Assembly (NCBI GenBank): GCA_963760615.1 | Contig: CAVXDX010000003.1 | Span: forward strand, 96,001 to 160,000 | Direction: 5' to 3' | Source of the DNA: an uncultured Candidatus Micrarchaeota archaeon | GTDB lineage: Archaea > Micrarchaeota > Micrarchaeia > Burarchaeales > Fermentimicrarchaeaceae | Length of the DNA stretch: 64,000 nt | In this document: piece after piece, positions 10,694 through 20,679 of the stretch | Numbering within the stretch: the first letter of the stretch is position 1 | How the letters are laid out: each line of letters begins with the position of its first letter | The notes under the pieces: model-generated | The model's input: the letters and a program-made list of their open reading frames with translations, nothing else | Database searches by the model: none | Told to the model about the DNA's origin: nothing | Program-made: the position numbers and the translations under genes

Positions 10694-11374
10694 TCAAAGC
10701 TTCTTCAGCCTATCAAGCAGGTCGTTTATTCCGAGCTTTGTGGTAACTATAGGAACCCTCTCCTTCTGCGCTATCTTGAGCGCAAGCTTGTCCACGCTGT
10801 CAATCCTGTGAAGCACCACAAGGCTTGGCTTCATCTGACTGACTCTTACTACCACCATGGGGGACCTGCCTGTGCTGACCTTGGTGAAAATGAACGCCCT
10901 CTCGGGGCTTGCCCCGAAAAGCTTTGGAAACTCGCTGTAGGGCATCTCAACTATGACCTTTATGCTGTCAAGCAAAGTAAAGCCGTACAGCTTCTTCTCA
11001 GGCAGCACGTCCTCATTTACAACTGCCTTTCCTTCTATTATCTTTGTGAAGCTGTCAGCCGTTATGCTTGTTGCAAACTCATGCGTCTCGTAGAAAATCC
11101 CGCCTTCCGTATCCTCCCTGAACCGCTGGGAGATTTGTCCACCCCTTACAGAATCAATGTCAATGAGCGCATCAACTAACCTCTTTATCACCTTTATGCC
11201 TGGTGAATCCCTTCTGTCCCCCTCATAATCGCTTATTGTTGAAGCTGATATCTTGAGGTGCTTGCCAAGCTCGGCCTGCGTTATCTCGAATATCTCTCTC
11301 CACTTCTTCATTGTCTTTCCAGGAGTATCCGAGAGTGTTATCTCCCCGGCCATCTTCACTGCGAACTTTTCCAT
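10694..11374 (-). CDS. HTH transcriptional regulator (COG1709-like) upstream of HMGCS
   Basis: [20 protein letters not shown]...[20 protein letters not shown]. Typical neighbour of archaeal HMGCS. Confidence 0.85.
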   Translation of the reverse strand: MEKFAVKMAGEITLSDTPGKTMKKWREIFEITQAELGKHLKISASTISDYEGDRRDSPGIKVIKRLVDALIDIDSVRGGQISQRFREDTEGGIFYETHEFATSITADSFTKIIEGKAVVNEDVLPEKKLYGFTLLDSIKVIVEMPYSEFPKLFGASPERAFIFTKVSTGRSPMVVVRVSQMKPSLVVLHRIDSVDKLALKIAQKERVPIVTTKLGINDLLDRLKKL

Positions 11375-11476
11375 ACCTAAGAATTAGGGGAAATAAGTTA
11401 TTTAAGCTTATCGAACATATGTTCGTTAGATAACGTTATAATCAGGTTTTTATACTGAGATTTGCATAAATAAAGC

Positions 11477-12391
11477 ATGCTGAAAGAGTCCGCCAAAAAT
11501 GATGCCGCGCAGAGCAAACCCGAGATTCGGGAAGAGGAGTGGAACTTTACTAGAAAGGGAGACGCAATAGCACTCATAGAGAAACGCCTGAAAGCAGACA
11601 ACAAAGAACCCTACTCCTTGTCCATCTACCTGCCGAACGAAAAAATTCAGATGTTTGGCTATAAAAAGGTTGCAACTATTTGGTCAATGCCTGGTTTTAT
11701 AGTCCACGTATGCAATGACAAAAGCGAGTCTAGCGTTGAATATACCTTTGGAATAGACATATGCAAAAAACTTGGCGGGTCAGGTTTCAGTGAATCTCTC
11801 ATAGAAGATATGCTTACAAAGAATGCTGAAAAGCTTCATGGTGATTCTAAATTTGATGCAATTGCAGTTGTAGCCACAGTCATGAACAAGCTAGAAATCC
11901 ACCTAAATGCGCCGCTCTCGAAGATGATGGATACAACTTTAGTGTTTGGGTCAGCAAGAGAGTTCAAGGAGCAGCTTCATGCAATACTGGAGCTTGAAAA
12001 ATTTGAGGGGAAAGGAATTTTACCTAAAAACGCAGTCCGTGAAGTTCTTGCAAATATACGCACAGATCAACTTGTGCTGGCATGCAGAGAGTATGAATTT
12101 GAGAAGCAGCGTATTATCGCCTCTGACTGGTTAAGGAGGGAGAGGAATATAAAAGATCAATTACGCTCTTTTCTGGATAAATGGGAGAATATCCGTAACC
12201 CTCAGCTCAAGTCTGATGAACTCAAGAAGGAGGTTGAGTATTTAGGTGCAGATATCTGCGAGCTCGGCTTACGGAGGAGGATACTCGGCTACAGCGGAGA
12301 TGAATACATGCAAATGCGGCGCTCCAACCTAGAAGAAACTCTCAGGTGTGTTAAAAAAATTGGTGAAGCTGATGAATCTAGTAAACCTTGA
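11477..12391 (+). CDS. Hypothetical protein (no recognisable family)
   Basis: 304-aa ORF with no motif I recognise. Confidence 0.6.
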   Translation: MLKESAKNDAAQSKPEIREEEWNFTRKGDAIALIEKRLKADNKEPYSLSIYLPNEKIQMFGYKKVATIWSMPGFIVHVCNDKSESSVEYTFGIDICKKLGGSGFSESLIEDMLTKNAEKLHGDSKFDAIAVVATVMNKLEIHLNAPLSKMMDTTLVFGSAREFKEQLHAILELEKFEGKGILPKNAVREVLANIRTDQLVLACREYEFEKQRIIASDWLRRERNIKDQLRSFLDKWENIRNPQLKSDELKKEVEYLGADICELGLRRRILGYSGDEYMQMRRSNLEETLRCVKKIGEADESSKP

Positions 12392-12998
12392 CAGCTGGGG
12401 CAGCTACAGCAGGGCATTTGATGAATCTTTCAAAGCAATAACTTTGGGCGGCATGATAATCTACCCAACTGATACGCTGTACGGAATCGGAGCGAATGCC
12501 ACAGACGCCAATGCCGTGAGAGCAGTTAATGAAGCAAAGAAGAGGGAGAACAAGCCTATCTCTGTGGTTGTCTCAGACTTCAGCATGATGAAAAAGTACT
12601 GCAAAGTTGAATCTGTCTCATTTGCATTGCTGCAGCAGCTTTTTCCAGGCCCGGTCACAGGTATATTCCACAAGAGATATGACTTTCCAAGCGAGATAAC
12701 CAAAACGGATACAATAGCAGTACGAATACCCTGCCACCAGTTTGCCGTTTCTCTCGTCAGAAAGCTCGACTTCCCAATAACCTCGACAAGCGCAAACTTC
12801 TCAGGAGGAAAACCCCCGAGCGCGGTTGATGAAATACCAGAGAAACTTAAGGAGGTAGCCGCTGTGGTTGTTGACGGTGGGAAATGCCACCATTGCCTGG
12901 AGTCAACCATAGTTGATTTCACCTCCGAAGTCCCAAAGATAACCAGGAAAGGAGCGAGCTTTGGGGATGTAGACGAGAGACTCAAAGAAGCAGTATAA
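12372..12998 (+). CDS. sua5: Threonylcarbamoyl-AMP synthase (Sua5/TsaC)
   Basis: IYPTDTLYGIG, KKRENKP, PGPVT, STSANFSG, STIVD. Start refined using GGTGA. Confidence 0.92.
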   Translation: MNLVNLDSWGSYSRAFDESFKAITLGGMIIYPTDTLYGIGANATDANAVRAVNEAKKRENKPISVVVSDFSMMKKYCKVESVSFALLQQLFPGPVTGIFHKRYDFPSEITKTDTIAVRIPCHQFAVSLVRKLDFPITSTSANFSGGKPPSAVDEIPEKLKEVAAVVVDGGKCHHCLESTIVDFTSEVPKITRKGASFGDVDERLKEAV

Positions 12999-13068
12999 CA
13001 AATATAAGCTCTTATTACAACATCTTATACAAGCAATAGCTGAAGCATTGCAGTCCTAAGTGGTTGCC

Positions 13069-13905
13069 ATGTCATCTCAAACAGAGGAAGTTGAAGGCGG
13101 ATACAGATTCCTTTCAGCCGTGCTGTTCCTTCTTGTAGCACTGCCTTTGGCAGGCTATGCAATTTTCCCAGATAACTACTATGCCGCATATCTCTCCTAT
13201 CCCGCCCGCATACTTCTAGTGCCAATCCACGAGTTGGGCCATACCCTACTACTAATTTTTACAGAGTTTTTCAGGCTGCCCTACAGCTACATGGATATAC
13301 CCATCAGAATGGCAGGATCCGCCTTTGAAGTTTTCGTGCCGTTCGCTTTTGTGTTCCTCTTCATCTTCGGGAGCCGAAGGTATGCACTTGCGTGCCTCAT
13401 CCTTGTTGTGGCAGGAACTGCTCTAATCGATGCCGGGGCGTATGTCAAAAGCGCTCAAAACCCATCTGGAAGCGGCTTTAATCAACTTATGGAAACTACC
13501 GCGGTGAACCCTGCGAACCACGACTGGTACAGAGTGCTGAGCAACTACAATGCTCTGGATAAGGCTGATTTACTGGGTGAGATAATAATGGGCCTTGGGT
13601 TCGTGATCACCCTCATGGGATTCTTCTCTTCAGTCTTTGAGGTGAACCTCATCCTGAACTACCGCCAGAGCTCGGATTTTATTCTGCTCCTGCTCTACGG
13701 CTCCATCCCTGCAACAATACTGTCCATTGCCTATTTCAAAATTTTCAGAGTCGTTTTTGCTATTCTGATCTTCATACCCATAATAATCCACTTCTACACA
13801 AGAATCCTTCCTAAGTTGAAGGAGGAGATGAAGGAAGTTGATGAGGAGATTGAGAAAGATGAAGAGGATGCTGCAGAATCCATTCAGAATCCCAAGGCGC
13901 AGTAA
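13069..13905 (+). CDS. Membrane protein, putative M50B-like zinc metallopeptidase
   Basis: Multiple TMs, PIHELGH (HExxH) and a downstream NHDW motif. Confidence 0.65.
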   Translation: MSSQTEEVEGGYRFLSAVLFLLVALPLAGYAIFPDNYYAAYLSYPARILLVPIHELGHTLLLIFTEFFRLPYSYMDIPIRMAGSAFEVFVPFAFVFLFIFGSRRYALACLILVVAGTALIDAGAYVKSAQNPSGSGFNQLMETTAVNPANHDWYRVLSNYNALDKADLLGEIIMGLGFVITLMGFFSSVFEVNLILNYRQSSDFILLLLYGSIPATILSIAYFKIFRVVFAILIFIPIIIHFYTRILPKLKEEMKEVDEEIEKDEEDAAESIQNPKAQ

Positions 13906-14631
13906 ATGAAGAGCAGAAAAAAACCACGGATAGCAGTCAGGATTGTGCTCGTAGAGCCCGAGTACGAGATAAACCTAGGGCATGCCGCCCGCGTTATGGC
14001 AAACTTCGGTTTTGATGAACTCTACATTGTAAACCCAAAGGTTGAGATTGGGTTCAACGCAAGGATGTTCGCAAAGCACGCCTTGCCCATTCTTCAAAAA
14101 GCAAGAGTTGTTGCAAGGCTGGAGGAGGCATTGACAGGCTGTGACTTCGTTGTTGGAACAACTGGTATAGTGGGCAGGAGCAGAAATGTAATACGCAACC
14201 CCGTAACACCTGCGAAATTTGCAAATGATGCGAGCAAGCTTAGCGGAAAGTTCGCCCTGCTCTTCGGCAGGGAGGGCACTGGCCTGAGCAGGGATGAAAT
14301 CAAGAGATGTGATTTCCTTGTAACCATACCAGCAAACGAGAATTACCCAGTTCTCAACCTCTCCCACGCGCTTGCAATTGTGCTCTACGAGCTTGCCTCA
14401 AACAAGGAGCAGGTGATGATAGCAACTGCAAGCGGGGAGGAGAAGGAGATGCTCATACGCTGCTTCAACAGCATTGTGGACAACTTCTCAAAACAGCTCA
14501 GGAGTCCCGACAAGATAAAGCAGTCCTTCAAAAGAGTGATTGGCAGGTCCCTCATATCAGATGTTGAGGCTGCCGCCATACTATGCGTGCTCCAGAGAAT
14601 AAGAAAGAAGTTAAAAATAAAAAGACTCTAA
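13906..14631 (+). CDS. trmJ: SPOUT tRNA methyltransferase, TrmJ family
   Basis: VLVEPEYEINLGHAARVMANFG, FGREGTGL, YPVLNLSHA. Confidence 0.9.
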   Translation: MKSRKKPRIAVRIVLVEPEYEINLGHAARVMANFGFDELYIVNPKVEIGFNARMFAKHALPILQKARVVARLEEALTGCDFVVGTTGIVGRSRNVIRNPVTPAKFANDASKLSGKFALLFGREGTGLSRDEIKRCDFLVTIPANENYPVLNLSHALAIVLYELASNKEQVMIATASGEEKEMLIRCFNSIVDNFSKQLRSPDKIKQSFKRVIGRSLISDVEAAAILCVLQRIRKKLKIKRL

Positions 14632-14996
14632 GCTTTCTTCCTTGACTTGACAATCTTCACTTTTGCCGGAGTCAGAAGAATCTTGTCGTTATCTATTCTC
14701 GCTATGTCGCCGTCAATCTTCATCACGAAGCCCTTCATGCTTGAGACAATCGTCTTCAGCTTCGCTGTGTTTCTCGACATTGGAGCCACATTCAGCAATA
14801 TTATGTTCCTCTGCCTCAGCTCATTCTCAATGACCTTCACGTCCTCCTCGCTCTCAAGGGCCACTGGCTTCACGTAGAAATCGGCAGCCTCGTGCAGCAC
14901 ATCCACATTCTCGAGTTCCACGGTGTCCATGTATTCCTCAATATCCATGTCCTTGCTTATTCCCAGCGCCTTTGACAACTTCTGAAGTATCCCCAT
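14628..14996 (-). CDS. sepF: Cell division protein SepF
   Basis: NIILLNV...IDGDIARIDNDKILLTPAKVKI. Confidence 0.85.
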   Translation of the reverse strand: MGILQKLSKALGISKDMDIEEYMDTVELENVDVLHEAADFYVKPVALESEEDVKVIENELRQRNIILLNVAPMSRNTAKLKTIVSSMKGFVMKIDGDIARIDNDKILLTPAKVKIVKSRKKA

Positions 14997-15260
14997 GTTT
15001 TCACCCCTTTCGAATGCAACAGTTTAACTTTTCATAAGGGGGTTTAAATACTTTTCTTCTCCACCTCACTCGTTAGCCTTTTAAGTAAAGGAATATCCAA
15101 ATTAAACACGCAGATTACCTAGCTAGAAAAAGCGAAGAGAATTTATCAGATAAACCTGCAAAGAAAAAAATTAAAATAAGCTGAGACGTAGTTCGTAAGC
15201 CTTAATAACCTTTTCACCTAAAACTACTATTCCTTCGTGGTGAACTTAATCGGTGGTTAT

Positions 15261-16451
15261 TTGTTAAGCTCTTTCCAGGACATACTCTCGCGGAGCAGCA
15301 TCTTCAGAGACAGGAATACGCTCTCTCCGCACTACATACCATCAACACTTCCGCACAGGGAGAAGGAGATAGGCATAGTGATGTCTGCAATCTCTCCAGC
15401 GCTGAAAGGAGAGAAGCCCAGGAGTATGTTCATATACGGCAAAACAGGAACTGGGAAGACCTCCTGCGTGAAATACGTGATGGAGAGATTTGAGGAGATG
15501 AAGAGCGGCACGGCAAGAATGTGCTATGTGAACTGCAGGATATACAACACGCGCTACAGGGTCTTCCACAAGCTTATGAAGGACAGCCTTCCGGAGTTTG
15601 CCAAGACGGGATACGGCCTTTCCTTCTTCTATGAGAAGATGATTGATTTGTTAGATGCGAATGGGACCAACATGGTGATAGTGCTTGATGAGGTTGACAT
15701 GGTGAGGGATTTGGACGATTTGATATACACCCTCACAAGGGCGAATGACGATTTGAAGAAAGGCGGAATGTCAATAATCGGGATTTCAAACAAGCTTTCG
15801 TTCAAGGAGAGGCTTGACCCAAGGAGCAGGAGCACTCTCTACGAAACTGAGATAGTGTTTCCTCCCTATACTTCAAACCAGCTTAAATCCATTCTTGAGC
15901 AGAGAGTGAAGCTAGGCTTCTCCGAGGGAGCTGTTGATGATTCGGCAATAAACCTGGCATCAGCCATGGCGGCACAGGACAATGGGGATGCGCGCTATGC
16001 CCTCAAGCTCATACTGAGGGCTGCCGAGATAGTTGATGAGGAAGGCGCAGGAGTTGTATCCGAGAGGTATGTAACCGCAGCCAGAAAATCGGTTGACGAG
16101 GACGTCTCCATTGAGGCGATAAGCACACTGCCGCAGCACCAGCAGATAGTGCTTTACTCCATAGCATCTCTCTCCATGGACGGAGGGCGCTACTCCAAGC
16201 TAAACGGGAATACCGAGAACTACCTCCTATCAGGGGAAGTCTATGAAACCTACCTCAGGGATTCGAGAAATTTCAAAAAAGAAGCAAGGAGCGCCCGCTG
16301 GTACCGCGAATATCTCAATGAGCTTGAGATGCTGGGGCTGATAACCACCGTTGAATCCGGTAAGGGCATGAGAGGGCACACGAGACTTGTTAAGCTCGCC
16401 TACTCCCCAGCCAAGGTCAAGAGCATCATTGAGAAAAATATCCTGGAGTGA
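15261..16451 (+). CDS. cdc6: Orc1/Cdc6 replication initiator
   Basis: YIPSTLPHRE, Walker A GKTGTGKT, VLDEVD, FPPYT, GDARYAL, C-terminal wHTH. TTG start at 15261 chosen from SD spacing (ORF track: 15237). Confidence 0.95.
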   Translation: MLSSFQDILSRSSIFRDRNTLSPHYIPSTLPHREKEIGIVMSAISPALKGEKPRSMFIYGKTGTGKTSCVKYVMERFEEMKSGTARMCYVNCRIYNTRYRVFHKLMKDSLPEFAKTGYGLSFFYEKMIDLLDANGTNMVIVLDEVDMVRDLDDLIYTLTRANDDLKKGGMSIIGISNKLSFKERLDPRSRSTLYETEIVFPPYTSNQLKSILEQRVKLGFSEGAVDDSAINLASAMAAQDNGDARYALKLILRAAEIVDEEGAGVVSERYVTAARKSVDEDVSIEAISTLPQHQQIVLYSIASLSMDGGRYSKLNGNTENYLLSGEVYETYLRDSRNFKKEARSARWYREYLNELEMLGLITTVESGKGMRGHTRLVKLAYSPAKVKSIIEKNILE

Positions 16452-17042
16452 CTACCAGCCAACCAGCTCTTTCCTGCTTCCAAATACAGCAACCAGCACA
16501 AGCAACGGTCCTATAACCATAATCCCGTAGAATAAGCTCACATTACTCGTTGGGTTGTCCCTAAAAAACTCTATACCCCCTGGGAGGTTCATCGCTCTCA
16601 TCAGCTCAACAATGAAAGTGATGACAGATATGATAATGCCCGCTCTGTATGACCACTTATTTGTTGTCGCAAGCCCCGCCCCAAGGGCGAGGGAGGCAAG
16701 CCCAATGGCAAGGGAAGGTGCTTCAGAAAGCAGCGAATTGTTAAACGTTTCATGCAAACCAATAGAATTGTTGTAGACGAATACGGGTAGGTACCCCAGC
16801 AGCTGGTACGAATCGTGCAAACTGACAATTGCTATAAGAAGCGCAAGCAGGCTGGCCGCAAGAATCTTTAAAGTCAACGATTTTACAGTCTCCTCACGGA
16901 CTTCTTTTACTATCTCCTTAAGGCAATCATAGCAGTAAGCCTTGTCGTCTATAAGCTCAACGCATGCTAGGCAGAAATGCTTCTTGCATCTCGCGCACTT
17001 GTAGATGCCCTCCTTTCCTGGGTGGTTGATGCATTCAGCCAA
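16452..17042 (-). CDS. B-box zinc-finger membrane protein
   Basis: CINHP...CARCKKHFCLAC...YCYDC followed by about 4 TM helices. Confidence 0.7.
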   Translation of the reverse strand: MAECINHPGKEGIYKCARCKKHFCLACVELIDDKAYCYDCLKEIVKEVREETVKSLTLKILAASLLALLIAIVSLHDSYQLLGYLPVFVYNNSIGLHETFNNSLLSEAPSLAIGLASLALGAGLATTNKWSYRAGIIISVITFIVELMRAMNLPGGIEFFRDNPTSNVSLFYGIMVIGPLLVLVAVFGSRKELVGW

Positions 17043-17048
17043 CTTATC

Positions 17049-17276
17049 TCACCTATTGTACTTGGCCATTGCTCTTTTCCTCTTCTTCTCATATATCCCT
17101 AGGCTCTTTCCGCAGCTTGGGCAGTAGTAAAACTTCCTTCTCTCCATGAGCTTCACATCATCCGCAGTTTTCAAATCAGTGCTGAAAACCATGGACCTCT
17201 CATAGGTGACCGCTTTTCCTCTCGGGAGCCTCCTGCCGCATGCCCCGCAGATAACCATATGGTCTCTTCCCCTCAT
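17049..17276 (-). CDS. rps26e: 30S ribosomal protein eS26
   Basis: GRDHMVICGACGRRLPRGKAV ... YYCPSCGKSLGI matches the eS26 pattern (RGH...CxxCGR.VP.DKA...YCVSC). GAGGTGA SD present. Confidence 0.75.
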   Translation of the reverse strand: MRGRDHMVICGACGRRLPRGKAVTYERSMVFSTDLKTADDVKLMERRKFYYCPSCGKSLGIYEKKRKRAMAKYNR

Positions 17277-17280
17277 CAAC

Positions 17281-18030
17281 TCACCTCTGCTTTATATCTC
17301 CTATCTTACCAAGGCCTATTCCATTCAATAGAAATGTTTCTGCACCACCCAATTTAAACATTTCATTTCTAAAGAACGGTCCGAGCAGATCCCTCTCCTT
17401 TACAGCGTTGAACACCATCCCCCCAACCAGCTCGCTGAAAGCCGGCATAATCACCACTTTCATCCTCATGTTAAAGTTTGAATATTTTTTCTCCACCTTC
17501 TTCGCCTCAAGCCTGCCAACAACCCATACCCTCTTGATGCTCCTGTAGCCCATCCTATCCACAAGCTCCACGCAGGGGTGGTTGTGGGCGAGCACAAGCC
17601 AGTCCGCTTCCATCATTTTTTCAGAGGGCCAAGCATGCCCGTGGTTTAGAGAAATGCTTTCTCTCCGCACTCCGGCTGCATCGTGGACCTCAATTCCCTC
17701 AGCGATTTCTCTTATGCCTCCGTCATGGTTTCCCATGACTACTGACACCCTGACTCTCTCGTTTATCTCCCTCAGAAACCTGCTGAGCCTATCCCTTTCA
17801 GGGAATTGCATATTCGGTATGTCATGCTTAACATCGCCAAGCAGCACAAGCTCATTGCAATGCGTCTCTTCAATAAGGTTCAGAAGCCTGTCCCCTGTCT
17901 TGTCAAAAAGATTCATCTCTATACTGCTGCCGAATATGCTTCTCTCTATGCCAAGGTGCAAATCCGCAACAACCAGCATCCTATTATAAAGCAGCGCCGG
18001 CTCATTGCAGATGAACTTTAACTCATCCAT
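17281..18030 (-). CDS. Metallophosphoesterase (COG1407 ICC-like)
   Basis: VADLHLG, LGDVKH, GNHDG, HGH, AHNHP, MPAF. Confidence 0.9.
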   Translation of the reverse strand: MDELKFICNEPALLYNRMLVVADLHLGIERSIFGSSIEMNLFDKTGDRLLNLIEETHCNELVLLGDVKHDIPNMQFPERDRLSRFLREINERVRVSVVMGNHDGGIREIAEGIEVHDAAGVRRESISLNHGHAWPSEKMMEADWLVLAHNHPCVELVDRMGYRSIKRVWVVGRLEAKKVEKKYSNFNMRMKVVIMPAFSELVGGMVFNAVKERDLLGPFFRNEMFKLGGAETFLLNGIGLGKIGDIKQR

Positions 18031-18128
18031 GACAATACTATACAACCATGAAAATAAATCAATAGCGGTTGGATGAAAAGCTGGAGCGAGCTGCAAATTT
18101 TTATTAACTACCATCCAAAAACACCACC

Positions 18129-19190
18129 ATGGCATTTTCACCAAGTTTCAAGGTCATGGGCATAGAAATAGAGCTGCACTGGAGCCTCCTGCTCTTGCTC
18201 CTGCTCATATTTGCTTCCGAAGGAATTGACGCCGCCCTGTCCATCCTGCTCATCTTCACATTTGTCGTTCTGCATGAGCTCTCCCACTCCTATGTTTCAA
18301 TTAAAAACGGGATTGAAGTCAGAAAAATAACCCTCTTCCCAATAGGCGGCATGGCTACCATTGAGGATGTTTTCATACCCCCGGATGTTGAGTTCAAGCT
18401 CGCCATAGCAGGACCGCTCTTCAACTTTGCAGTCATCGCCATTGCGCTGCCCCTCACCCTTCTGGTAACCAGCGAGCCAATAAGCTCATTCCTCTGGATT
18501 ATTATTGAGATAAATCTTGTGCTCGGAATTTTCAACCTTCTGCCTGCCATCCCTCTAGACGGGGGGCGAGTCTGGAGGAGCTGGAGAGAGAAGAAGGTTG
18601 GTCACCTCAGGGCAACAGTTGACGCTGTGAAACTCAGCAGATTTACTGCCATACTGCTCCTCTCGATTTCGCTAATAATCGGATTTGTGCAGGATGACTT
18701 CGCTCTCCTTGTATGGAATTTCCTGATATCCGCTGTCATCTACCTCGGCTCTCAAGCCGAGCTTAGCGTCGCGCTGCTCAAGGATTCTGCGAAAGGTCTT
18801 TTTGTGAGGGATGCCATGAATTTCTCAACTGTCTCACTGCACCCCAGTTCAACATTGAGGGAGGCATCCTCGCTGATGCATGCGACACGCTCGCCCGTAA
18901 TTATTGTATCGAGCAAGCCTATAAAACTCCTCAGCTACAGGAATCTTCTGGAAATTGAAAAGAATAAGTGGGACAATGTAAAGGCACTGGACGTTGCCCA
19001 AACCTCACCAGTATGCAGCATGGACGAGCCTATCCTTGACGCATGGAAGAAGATGAAATCAGCAGATGTGCCTATACTGCCTGTTTTGTTTGATGGCGGA
19101 CTTGTAGGGACAGTAAGTGAGATTGACATAGAAAAGCTCCTCGTGCTGAATAGATTGCGGGTTGATTTCCCTGAAAAGGTTGAAAACTGA
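18129..19190 (+). CDS. Site-2 (M50) membrane protease with CBS pair
   Basis: HELSH, LFPIGG, AGP, FNLLPAIPLDGGR, C-terminal CBS domains. Confidence 0.92.
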   Translation: MAFSPSFKVMGIEIELHWSLLLLLLLIFASEGIDAALSILLIFTFVVLHELSHSYVSIKNGIEVRKITLFPIGGMATIEDVFIPPDVEFKLAIAGPLFNFAVIAIALPLTLLVTSEPISSFLWIIIEINLVLGIFNLLPAIPLDGGRVWRSWREKKVGHLRATVDAVKLSRFTAILLLSISLIIGFVQDDFALLVWNFLISAVIYLGSQAELSVALLKDSAKGLFVRDAMNFSTVSLHPSSTLREASSLMHATRSPVIIVSSKPIKLLSYRNLLEIEKNKWDNVKALDVAQTSPVCSMDEPILDAWKKMKSADVPILPVLFDGGLVGTVSEIDIEKLLVLNRLRVDFPEKVEN

Positions 19191-19345
19191 AGTGATAGTG
19201 CATACATAAATGTGGTTAGCGAATTTATACAAAGTTATATTGGCGCGGAGGGTACCTGAAAGATGCACCTCCAGAGGTGGCAGAGGACTACGCATATATA
19301 TTTATAAAGATTGGATTGCCAATATAAAGAATTCTAGGTGTTTAG

Positions 19346-19891
19346 ATGAATCTCTGGCATGATATAGAAGCAGGTTCGGATATCCCCAATCTAATCAACG
19401 TCATAGTCGAAATACCGAAAGGCTCGCAGAACAAGTACGAGTATGACAAGAAGCTCAATATAATAAAACTTGATAGGGTGCTATTCTCACCTTTCCACTA
19501 TCCGGGGGATTACGGTATAATACCAAAAACGCTTTCCAAGGATGGCGACCCACTTGATGCCATTGTGCTTGTCACAAATCCCACCTACCCCGGCATACTC
19601 CTAAATGTGAGACCAGTTGGATTGCTTAGAATGAATGATGCCGGCAAGATAGATGACAAAATACTGTGCGTTTCTAATGATGACCCAAGGTTCAAGCATC
19701 ATGTGGACATAGCGGACTTGGATGAGCACCTGCTCAAGGAAATAATGCACTTCTTCCAGGTATACAAAGACCTCGAGGGAAAATCCGTGAAGATGACAGG
19801 CTGGAAGGACTCTGCCGCTGCCAAGAAGATAATAGTAGAGTCAGTTGAAGCCTACAACAAGAAATATAGAAGCAGGGAAACCCGCAGATGA
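19346..19891 (+). CDS. ppa: Inorganic pyrophosphatase
   Basis: KYEYDK, DRVL, YPGDYG, DGDPLD, DDKI, HFFQVYKDLE. Confidence 0.97.
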   Translation: MNLWHDIEAGSDIPNLINVIVEIPKGSQNKYEYDKKLNIIKLDRVLFSPFHYPGDYGIIPKTLSKDGDPLDAIVLVTNPTYPGILLNVRPVGLLRMNDAGKIDDKILCVSNDDPRFKHHVDIADLDEHLLKEIMHFFQVYKDLEGKSVKMTGWKDSAAAKKIIVESVEAYNKKYRSRETRR

Positions 19892-19895
19892 TGCC

Positions 19896-20087
19896 TTAAG
19901 CCTTTATCCTCAGAGCGTATTTTCCAGGCAGCTTGGCGTCTATCTTCTTTGCAAGCTCTGATTTTTCGGCATTGAATACTATCAGATAGCTGCTCCACTT
20001 GTCAGTTAGCTCTGTCCCACCGCAGTTCGGGCATTTGTTGCCCTCGGTGATAATGAATCTGCAGTTCTTGCATGCTTTCTCAGCCAT
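19896..20087 (-). CDS. spt4: Transcription elongation factor Spt4 (RpoE'')
   Basis: KACKNC...CPNCG...PGKYAL; downstream of rpoE1. Confidence 0.93.
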   Translation of the reverse strand: MAEKACKNCRFIITEGNKCPNCGGTELTDKWSSYLIVFNAEKSELAKKIDAKLPGKYALRIKA

Positions 20088-20091
20088 ATGA

Positions 20092-20646
20092 TCACTTCTT
20101 CTTAGGAGCTGCCTCCTCCTTTATCCACTCAAGCTTTCCCAGCCCCTCTGGCCTCATTGTGAGGCCTATCTTGGTTTCTGGGATGCTGCCTTTCATGCTG
20201 ACTGTGGATATCTTGGCCAGCACATCATCACCCTTCTTTATTATTTTCTTGCTCTCCTTACCGATGAAAGCCGGTATCTTCTTGTCATAGGAAAGGAAAT
20301 CGTTAGTTATCTGGGAGAGGTGCGCTAGGCCGTCAATCGGCCCCATCCTAACAAACGCTCCGAACTCCACTATTTCAGTAACCTCCCCCTCAAATATCTC
20401 ATTCAGCTCAGGCTTGTAGGTAAGCATGTCAAAAGTCATCTCGTGGTATGACGCACCGTCACCCGGTATAACCTTCCCCTCGCTTATATCATGGGGGTTC
20501 CATACGCACAGAACTATGCCAAAGTCCTTGTCAACCTTCCTCTCATACTTCTCCCTCAGTATGCTGACTATCGCTTCCTTGAGGTTCTTTGAGAAGTATT
20601 TTGGCTCTACTCTTACAGTGCTCTTCACGGTTATTATGCTGTACAT
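20092..20646 (-). CDS. rpoE1: RNA polymerase subunit Rpo7 (E')
   Basis: GKVIPGDGA, FGAFVRMGPIDGLAHLSQI, KIGLTMR. Confidence 0.96.
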   Translation of the reverse strand: MYSIITVKSTVRVEPKYFSKNLKEAIVSILREKYERKVDKDFGIVLCVWNPHDISEGKVIPGDGASYHEMTFDMLTYKPELNEIFEGEVTEIVEFGAFVRMGPIDGLAHLSQITNDFLSYDKKIPAFIGKESKKIIKKGDDVLAKISTVSMKGSIPETKIGLTMRPEGLGKLEWIKEEAAPKKK

Positions 20647-20679
20647 TGTATCACCAATTTGTTGCGCAACATTAATATA

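Noticed and set aside
14997-15260. Replication origin upstream of cdc6
   Set aside because: The spacer is AT-rich with one GGGGG run, but I found no repeated ORB/mini-ORB (TTCCAxxGGA) motifs. It is explained by divergent sepF/cdc6 promoters.
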